Assembly: GCA_031370005.1 (NCBI GenBank)
Contig: JANMPT010000043.1
Span: forward strand, 32,001-96,000
Length of the DNA: 64,000 bases
Direction of reading: 5' to 3'
Source: Bdellovibrionales bacterium
GTDB lineage: Bacteria > Bdellovibrionota > Bdellovibrionia > Bdellovibrionales > Bdellovibrionaceae
A model generated the notes under the pieces. That model searched no databases, was not told the origin of the DNA, and saw only the letters and a program-made list of their open reading frames with translations. The position numbers and the translations under genes were made by a program. Positions 57,373 to 64,000 of this stretch are shown here, in pieces (within the stretch, counting starts at the first letter, position 1; each line of letters starts with the position of its first letter).

Positions 57373-59575
57373 CTTTAAGCTCCTGAGAAGGTTCGGAATC
57401 TTTTTTAGCGTCGACGTCCTCAACATTAAAACGCAGTTTTGACTGATCCGCAAACTGCAATTTTCGAGAGCGAGCGGAGGACGGCGCTACAAGGTTTTTT
57501 CCTTTAAAGAAGTATTCTTTACCACTTTTGGGTTTTTCTTGGCGTCGCGCCATTGGCTGGCTTGGTTGGCGCTCTTTATCCGCCCTGTTGAATAGGGGAC
57601 GTAAGCTTGGGGCATTCTCTTTGAGAGCTCCCTTAGCCTCCGTCTTTTCGTGTTCGGCTGTCGCTGCAAGAACAAAATTTACTTGACCCAGTTCTGGGTC
57701 CGCAGCGGCGACTTGGATACGAACGCTGTCGCCAATATTGTATGTCTTACCAGTACGTTGTCCCTGGAGGCTGAGCTTTTCTTCATCGAATTCAAATTTA
57801 TCGTTGCCAAGATCGTCCGTGCGAACCAGGCCATCGCAGTCGTATTCGCGAAGCAGGACAAATATACCAAACTTTGCAACGGAGCTAATCATGCCATCAA
57901 GCTCCTGGCCGACAAATTTTTGCATAAAGCGAGCTTTTTTAATTGATTGAACTTGTCGCTCCGCCTTGGTGGAGCGTTGCTCGGCGGCAGAAAGAATAGT
58001 TCCAGCTGTGAGCAGATCTTCCGTGCTCATTAGTCGATATGAAGAGTTCGGCATTACTTGATTTTTTAACAAGCGATGGATAATAAGATCCGGGTAGCGA
58101 CGAATTGGAGAGGTAAAATGAGAATAGAATTCAAAACCCAATCCAAAGTGCCCGAGATTATTCATACTGTATTTTGCTTGGCTCATGGAGCGTAAGGTAA
58201 GAATATTGAGAATGGGAGCTTGAGGTTTTCCCTCAAATTCCACCAAGGCCTGTGTCAGACGTTTTTGCAACTTATCAGATCCAAGCTTGGTTTTACTGCC
58301 AAAATTCCAAAGATACTTTTCAAGAACACGAATGGCCTGCTCATTCGGCGGCTCATGAATGCGATAAAGCGCGGGAATATCGCGGCTGCTTAAGAAAGTC
58401 GCCACAGCGACATTGGCGGCCAACATCATTTCTTCAATCAAGCGATGAGCAAAAAGGCGTTCAGATTTAATAATGTCTATGGGAACTCCGGATCCATCGA
58501 TCTCGAGCTCTGTTTCAGGGATTTCAAGATCTAGTGAGCCTTCTTTAAAACGTTTTGTCATTAGGATCTTTGCGAGGTCAGCACAACGAATGATATTGTC
58601 TTTAACATGTTCAAACTTAGAGTCGCCAGCTCCGTCGATGACATCTTGGGCCTGGCCATAGGTTACGCGAGCTTTGCTTTCCATCACGCCTTCATAGAAC
58701 TCCGATGAAAGCATATCGCCAGCGAAATTAAATTGAATTTCAGCCACCAAACAAAGTCTTGGGACATGAGGGTTGAGAGAGCAAAGGCCATTACTAAGAG
58801 CTTCTGGCAACATTGGGACTACAAAATTAGGAAAGTAGACAGAGGTTCCGCGCTCGTATGCATCTTTATCTATTGAGGTGCCGATGCGAACGTAATGGCT
58901 AACGTCGGCAATAGCGACATAAAGCAAAAAGCCCTTAGCGTTTTTCGCGACATAGACGGCGTCATCAAAGTCCTTGGCCGTGGCGCCATCTATGGTGATA
59001 AGTCCGAGTGATCGGAGATCTTTGCGATTTTTAAAGTCAGACTCCGCAGGCTGAGCAGGAAATTTTTTTGCCTCTGCCAATGTGGAGGACGAGAACTCTT
59101 GAGGAATATTATTTACGGCTATGACGCGTTTAATATCATTCATGGGATCCAGGGCATCGCCGATGATCTCAACGACTCTTCCCGAAAATTTTTTACCATC
59201 TTCAGGGTAAGTTAGGATTTGTGCGGTGACGAGCTGGCCCTCTTTGGCGCCCATTGATTCAGAAAGATCAACTTTTAAATCTTCGCCCCAACCTTTGCCC
59301 TCGTCTTTAATGATAGCTTGGCGGTCGTTAAGCATATGGAAAATGCCAACAACCTGTTTGAATCCGCGGCTAACAATACGAACAATTTGGCCGCGAAATC
59401 TTTCTCCACCGCGCTCCGGAGTGGCCTCAACCATGACCTTATCACTGGTCATCACGCCCTGCATGGATTGTCGAGGAATATAAACATCAGGGTGTTCAGG
59501 TTTATCGGGAATGAAAAACCCGAATCCATCGGGGTGTCTTTTGATCGTGCCTTGGAGAAAGTTCTTTTTAAACAT
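57245..59575 (-). CDS. rnr: Ribonuclease R
   Basis: HPDGFGF, TIDGATAKDFDDA and HFTSPIRRYPD motifs; S1 domain and basic tail. Confidence 0.95.
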   Translation of the reverse strand: MFKKNFLQGTIKRHPDGFGFFIPDKPEHPDVYIPRQSMQGVMTSDKVMVEATPERGGERFRGQIVRIVSRGFKQVVGIFHMLNDRQAIIKDEGKGWGEDLKVDLSESMGAKEGQLVTAQILTYPEDGKKFSGRVVEIIGDALDPMNDIKRVIAVNNIPQEFSSSTLAEAKKFPAQPAESDFKNRKDLRSLGLITIDGATAKDFDDAVYVAKNAKGFLLYVAIADVSHYVRIGTSIDKDAYERGTSVYFPNFVVPMLPEALSNGLCSLNPHVPRLCLVAEIQFNFAGDMLSSEFYEGVMESKARVTYGQAQDVIDGAGDSKFEHVKDNIIRCADLAKILMTKRFKEGSLDLEIPETELEIDGSGVPIDIIKSERLFAHRLIEEMMLAANVAVATFLSSRDIPALYRIHEPPNEQAIRVLEKYLWNFGSKTKLGSDKLQKRLTQALVEFEGKPQAPILNILTLRSMSQAKYSMNNLGHFGLGFEFYSHFTSPIRRYPDLIIHRLLKNQVMPNSSYRLMSTEDLLTAGTILSAAEQRSTKAERQVQSIKKARFMQKFVGQELDGMISSVAKFGIFVLLREYDCDGLVRTDDLGNDKFEFDEEKLSLQGQRTGKTYNIGDSVRIQVAAADPELGQVNFVLAATAEHEKTEAKGALKENAPSLRPLFNRADKERQPSQPMARRQEKPKSGKEYFFKGKNLVAPSSARSRKLQFADQSKLRFNVEDVDAKKDSEPSQELKGGPSKNRQSDRKDPEKRSQTPHHSGGLRKARVSRTRRKNKAR

Positions 59576-60157
59576 ATATGTCTTAATCATGGGGATCAGA
59601 AAAGCATCTGTCACCAAGGGATCTTCTTGTCAAAAGGCACCAGACTTTTGGCTAGGATTTTAAAAAGAGAACGCACTGAGAGCAATTTTGCCTGAAAACC
59701 TTGAAAAACTCGACCTTGATCTAGAATTATTGTCATAAAAAATGATGACATGCATCAATGCCAAAAAATCAGAATCCGCGCAACTTATTCCGATGAATGC
59801 AAAAAACCAGACGTAAAAACTTTTAAGAGTTTTTTTATAAAAAATAATTTCCATAAGAAGCGCTCTGCAGAAGCCTTTGCTGAATATTCGCAGTATCCAG
59901 ATATCATGCTCTTGCCCTCAAATTATGCGGGAAATAGTTTAAAAATTAAGATTGCAAAAGAAGGAAAGCAGCTCGGAGTGAGTGTTTTTCGCCACACTTA
60001 AGTGCTTGCGGATAGGGCAGTTTTTGAGTTTTAAATATGCCTGGACAACTTTTGTATTGATCTCGGTTTATTTGATTATTACGCTTTTTATATAACGAAC
60101 ATGATTTAAATAATTTATAGATACTATAAGTTTATAATTGTAACGAAAGGAATCGAC

Positions 60158-61216
60158 ATGAAAAAGCTACTTGTAATAACAGCGCTTACTCTTGCTTCTG
60201 CTTCTGCTTTTGCAACGAAGGCGAGATTAAGTTCATTGAGCGTCAGCAGGCACTTGACGGATGTACAGACAATTTTCATCAACCCCGCAGATCTTAGTTT
60301 GTTGGGCAGCTGGGCAACTTTTGAGGCCGGCACAACTAACACTTCTACTACAAACCCAGCACCACAGGCAGAGGCTGGATTTGCCCGTGCTATGGGTGAC
60401 ACTCGCTGGGGCTTCTATCTTGGTCACACGGATACTGCGACTGCACTAAGAACACAATCGGCAGTTGCTTATCTTAATGAAGAGAACCCAATCAATCTTT
60501 TTTACTCTGCAAAAATGGCAGACACTACTTGGGGTCTTGGTTTGAACTACTCTAACTCCGATCAAAAAACTGCAGGCAAACAATCCACTATGGGTTTGAC
60601 TGGCGGTATGAGAATGGGGCCTTGGGAAGCAAGCTTAGGCTTAGGCATTACTGACACGGCTGAAGTAGGCGTTAACAAATGGACAGGCAAAATGGCTGCT
60701 ACTCTTGATGGCGGTTATACTATGGATGCTTGGTACTTCTACGGTCGATATGCAATGTCTGGTGGTAAATCAGAGGCAAGCAGTGTAGCCACTCATGATA
60801 TTAATAATTCCACAGTTAAAGTTGGAATGACGAACTCTACTAAAGTAGATGGCGGCGAATTCTTCTGGGGTGCTGCTTACCAAATGGTAAATGTTGAAGA
60901 TAAGACTCCAAACAACAAAACTGAGACTTCTAACCTACCTGTGGTTATTGGTATCGAGGCAGATGCGGCTTCTTGGTTAGTTCTTCGTGGTTCAGTTACT
61001 CAAACAGTATTACTGAACTCAAAGAAAACTACTACTGCAGGAACCGCAGGAGACACTGCTACTGCGGCTAATGATACAACTGTCGCTGCTGGCGCAGGTA
61101 TTAAGTTCAATAAGTTCATGCTAGATGGTACTTTGTCGGCAACAAATGCAGCGACAGCAGGTCAAATTAACGGCAATAGCTTATTGGCTAATGCAGGTTT
61201 GACTTACAGCTTCTAA
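60158..61216 (+). CDS. Major outer-membrane beta-barrel protein, paralog 1 (Bdellovibrio Bd0427/PopA-like)
   Basis: Signal peptide, (T/S)KAR..SL N-terminus, amphipathic strands, GIEADAASWL and terminal LTYSF. Downstream-of-rnr synteny recalled from memory. Confidence 0.75.
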   Translation: MKKLLVITALTLASASAFATKARLSSLSVSRHLTDVQTIFINPADLSLLGSWATFEAGTTNTSTTNPAPQAEAGFARAMGDTRWGFYLGHTDTATALRTQSAVAYLNEENPINLFYSAKMADTTWGLGLNYSNSDQKTAGKQSTMGLTGGMRMGPWEASLGLGITDTAEVGVNKWTGKMAATLDGGYTMDAWYFYGRYAMSGGKSEASSVATHDINNSTVKVGMTNSTKVDGGEFFWGAAYQMVNVEDKTPNNKTETSNLPVVIGIEADAASWLVLRGSVTQTVLLNSKKTTTAGTAGDTATAANDTTVAAGAGIKFNKFMLDGTLSATNAATAGQINGNSLLANAGLTYSF

Positions 61217-61237
61217 TACGAAGTTGTAAACGTTCAG

Positions 61238-61255
61238 GGCCCACCAGGGTGGGCC
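61238..61255 (+). other. GC-rich intergenic hairpin without U tract
   Basis: GGCCCACC-AG-GGTGGGCC between the two OMP genes. Confidence 0.6.
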
Positions 61256-61291
61256 AAAACTCTAGATAACTTGTTTGAAAGGATATGATAA

Positions 61292-62488
61292 ATGTTTAAA
61301 TCAATTTTTACTGTAGCAGCGATTTTGATAATGGCAGCTCCTGTGATGGCTTCGAAGGCTCGAATGGCTTCGTTGCAGAACGCCCCTCATCTAAATGATA
61401 CGCAATCAATTTTTGACAACCCATCAAGAGCGTACCTTCTTGGTGATTTTGCGGTTCTAGAAATGGGCGCGACCTCAACTGCTCGAGTCGGTGTTAATAC
61501 CCCAGAGAATCTTACAACGAATGGCGCCTCTACTGGCGCAACGACTTTTTATGGTGCAAATGCTGAGGGCGGTTTTTTAAAGTCTTATGGCGATAACAAA
61601 GTCGGCTTCTATCTTGGTAGAAAATCAGCGTTTACTTCACGTGTAAGAACCCTACTTGGCTTCACGGGGCAGGATAATCCATTTGAGATCATATATGGCT
61701 TTCAGGCTATGGATCTTAAGTGGGGAGCAGCTTTTAATTACTCTAAAGCAGAGCCAAAAGTTGTAGGAGGAGCTCAAAGTGAAGAGACAATGGGTCTTCG
61801 CCTTGGTGTTAATGCACCAGCATGGGAAGCAGCTTTGATTCTTGGATTAGGCAGCAAAGCAACCGGTAATGCTGCATCTGCATTTGGTTTGACAGCGGTC
61901 GATGCTGATTCTGATTACACTGGAACAACTGGCATGAAGTTAAGTGGTGGCTACTGGTTTGATAAGACCTACGTATTTGCTAGCTATTATCAAGACGGCG
62001 TTGAGTTGACGAAAATGACTGGCGCAGGCTCCTTCGCAGGAGTGACTGGTGCAAAAATTGAGCAATCACAATACGAAGTTGGCGTTGTTGATACTGTTAA
62101 GTCTGACGGGATAAACTTCTTCTATGGAGTTTCATATGTCGGCTTTAAGTCGGATGATAAAAATGACAATGCTGCCGTAGACGCTGTGTTCAATGTCGAT
62201 CAAACGCAGTTACCATTTGTAATTGGTGTTGAAGCTGATGCGGCATCTTGGCTGACACTTCGCGCTTCTGCGAAACAGAACGTGATTCTTGGCACTTCAA
62301 AAGTAAACACTGGCGACACTAAAACAAACACAAATAACACAACTGTTGCTTTGGGTGCAGGTTTGAAATTTAATAAGTTCACTCTTGATAGCACTTTAGT
62401 GGCAGGTTCAGTTCCTTCCGTTCAAGGTAACGGAAATATTAATGCAAATAATTTGATGGCGAATGCTTCTCTGACTTATTTGTTCTAA
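61292..62488 (+). CDS. Major outer-membrane beta-barrel protein, paralog 2
   Basis: Shares SKAR..SL, GFYLG, GVEADAASWL, GAG.KFNKF.LD and terminal LTYLF with paralog 1. Confidence 0.75.
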   Translation: MFKSIFTVAAILIMAAPVMASKARMASLQNAPHLNDTQSIFDNPSRAYLLGDFAVLEMGATSTARVGVNTPENLTTNGASTGATTFYGANAEGGFLKSYGDNKVGFYLGRKSAFTSRVRTLLGFTGQDNPFEIIYGFQAMDLKWGAAFNYSKAEPKVVGGAQSEETMGLRLGVNAPAWEAALILGLGSKATGNAASAFGLTAVDADSDYTGTTGMKLSGGYWFDKTYVFASYYQDGVELTKMTGAGSFAGVTGAKIEQSQYEVGVVDTVKSDGINFFYGVSYVGFKSDDKNDNAAVDAVFNVDQTQLPFVIGVEADAASWLTLRASAKQNVILGTSKVNTGDTKTNTNNTTVALGAGLKFNKFTLDSTLVAGSVPSVQGNGNINANNLMANASLTYLF

Positions 62489-62508
62489 TTTGAACTTTAC
62501 TAAATGAA

Positions 62509-62548
62509 AAAACAAAAGGCTCTGTGGAAACACAGAGCCTTTTGTTTT
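62509..62548. terminator. Bidirectional intrinsic terminator
   Basis: AAAACAAAAGGCTCTGTG-GAAA-CACAGAGCCTTTTGTTTT. Confidence 0.9.
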
Positions 62549-62558
62549 ATTACGAGAA

Positions 62559-63635
62559 TTAGTTTTTAGTATCTGGTTTTGGCTCCGCTTTGGGTAGGTA
62601 ATCCGGGGCTATAAAGTCTACTGTTAATGGATACTTGTAGATCTTGCTCGAGACCAACTTGGGATATCCGGCTTCGATATAAGCTTCATCCCAAAGTTTA
62701 GCGAGCAGTAAGCTTGAGCGGGCCAATTCGGTAACAATGATCTTGTTGAATTTCTCATAGCCAACTTTAGAGCTTTCCCGCTCAGCGGACTTTTTAATTT
62801 CCATACCTTTTGCATGTACAAGGCTCGAGGTCTTTTTAATTGGATCAGCTTTAAAGATCAGCTTGAGTTCATCCATAGACGACTCGCTTAAGGCCTTCAT
62901 TTTTTCAATGACAGTTTTTGGCTTCAAGAACTTTGGATTCTTCATTCCCCGCGCTTCTTTTAAAACACGAGCTTGGAGATCCCCATCGAACTCGCTAACA
63001 ACTTGGTCCTCATAATAGGCATGAAGGCCACCGTGTCCTGTGGCGTAGCCATCGTAGTCTGCCGTATTATGAAGTGGTTGAGAAGCATCACCAACAAAGT
63101 GACCCATCAGACCAAGACTGACCACCATTTCATAGGCAGCTTTGTTGTAGGGCAGATTGTCGTCAGTTTCTTCTTTGGAGTTTTTGGGAGCCATTGCTGC
63201 TGCCAAGTCTTTGCCGTAAGTCAGGAAGCGACGATAGAACTGATCTGCTCTCCACCAAAGCGAGCCAAATTCGGTAGGCACATTATAGATTGTTGCTCCC
63301 ACTTTAAATTTGTTTGGTGTGCCGGTATAAGTTTCTACAACTTGTTTAAAGTCTAAGGGAACCTCTGACACCTTTAGACCTGTGATTTCAACATCAATAA
63401 AGTGAGTTGGATTCCCAAGTTTCGTCGCCTCAGGTCCCAAAGAGCGCCAATAGAAATCAGGCATATTGCAAAGATGACTCATCATTTGTGGTTTGTTTTT
63501 TAAATATTCTTTTAATCCTGGTTCTTTCACCAGGTAGACAGCTGTTTCACAAATCGCAGCATGTCCACGGCCACCCCATGCTTGCGCATAAGACGTTAAA
63601 ACCATAGTGGTTAATAGAGCTAAAATAGTTTTCAT
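62559..63635 (-). CDS. Secreted S1/P1 nuclease / Zn-phospholipase C fold protein
   Basis: Signal then WGxxGH; PD, HFID, HFVGDASQPLH and LHAYYE zinc-ligand motifs. Confidence 0.8.
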   Translation of the reverse strand: MKTILALLTTMVLTSYAQAWGGRGHAAICETAVYLVKEPGLKEYLKNKPQMMSHLCNMPDFYWRSLGPEATKLGNPTHFIDVEITGLKVSEVPLDFKQVVETYTGTPNKFKVGATIYNVPTEFGSLWWRADQFYRRFLTYGKDLAAAMAPKNSKEETDDNLPYNKAAYEMVVSLGLMGHFVGDASQPLHNTADYDGYATGHGGLHAYYEDQVVSEFDGDLQARVLKEARGMKNPKFLKPKTVIEKMKALSESSMDELKLIFKADPIKKTSSLVHAKGMEIKKSAERESSKVGYEKFNKIIVTELARSSLLLAKLWDEAYIEAGYPKLVSSKIYKYPLTVDFIAPDYLPKAEPKPDTKN

Positions 63636-64000
63636 TCTAACACCTTTCCTAAATATTTAGGGGCTTCACTTTTTCCGAAAAAACCAGCAAGAGCAATGAT
63701 TGTGACAACGTAAGGTAAAATTTGAATAAACTGAACGGGCACTTCAACGCCACCGATACTGACACCCTGAAGACGAATTTGCAAGGCATCGGTAATTCCA
63801 AAAAACAAACAGGCCGCTAGCGTAGGCAGTGGCTTCCAACGCCCAAAGATTAAAGCTGCCAAGGCCATATAACCGCGACCACCAGTCATCAATGGAGAAT
63901 ATGAGGAGGCCAAGAAGGTCGAAAGGCTTGCGCCTCCCATAGACGCAAAGGCACCACTGGCAATAATACTGAGCCAACGGACTTTGCGAACACTCACACC
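63632..64000 (-). CDS. ABC transporter permease (nucleoside/BMP type), 3' part only
   Basis: GRGYMALAALIFGRWKP, LPYVVT and P..LG motifs; runs off the window edge. Confidence 0.85.
   Translation of the reverse strand, partial: GVSVRKVRWLSIIASGAFASMGGASLSTFLASSYSPLMTGGRGYMALAALIFGRWKPLPTLAACLFFGITDALQIRLQGVSIGGVEVPVQFIQILPYVVTIIALAGFFGKSEAPKYLGKVLE

Noticed and set aside
59618..60157. ORFs or an sRNA in the AT-rich gap between rnr and the OMP genes
   Set aside because: The short ORFs lack features and no convincing stable structure was seen. It is most simply a divergent promoter region.
396..63977. The many short antisense or out-of-frame ORFs in the six-frame track (e.g. 44223-44858, 5111-5428, 24893-25240)
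   Set aside because: They lie within well-supported genes and show no motifs or RBS, so they are treated as shadow ORFs.
1..64000. CRISPR array, tRNA or rRNA genes
   Set aside because: No regularly spaced direct repeats, cloverleaf-like sequences or rRNA-like stretches were seen. The long intergenic gaps are short of such signatures.

Overview
A gene-dense chromosomal segment that looks like a predatory Bdellovibrionota (Bdellovibrio-like) bacterium. This assignment is inferred from gene content and order: a REC-GGDEF protein of the Bd0367 type, two short tandem flagellins, rnr/ubiB, tandem major outer-membrane proteins and a TIGR02147/DUF4423-like HTH protein. Most genes are housekeeping or lifestyle genes (xth, dksA, speA/speB, opp, leuS, trmB, trxB, PDH E1, thiolase, rnr). 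The main unusual items are: (1) a RAYT-type HUH transposase bracketed by a perfect 28-bp inverted repeat, with related REP-like units elsewhere in the window, four of which overlap a stop codon or supply a gene's C-terminus; (2) an accessory block with a PGL/p-HBAD-type GT1 glycosyltransferase, a WbiB-like epimerase, a multi-HTH regulator and a molybdo-hydroxylase cluster; (3) a Hypr-type GGDEF enzyme predicted to make cGAMP; (4) readable sigma28, sigma54 and leaderless sigma70 promoter sets; (5) a divergent SelO-like protein, a pseudo-SDR and a degenerate photolyase; (6) a hairpin-dense spacer between the flagellins; (7) a palindrome that occludes the PDH E1 ribosome-binding site; (8) a 128-nt same-strand rnr/ubiB overlap. 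No rRNA, tRNA or CRISPR array was seen. All calls come from motif recognition by eye, with no database search. Start codons were moved from the ORF track where an RBS or promoter supports it.
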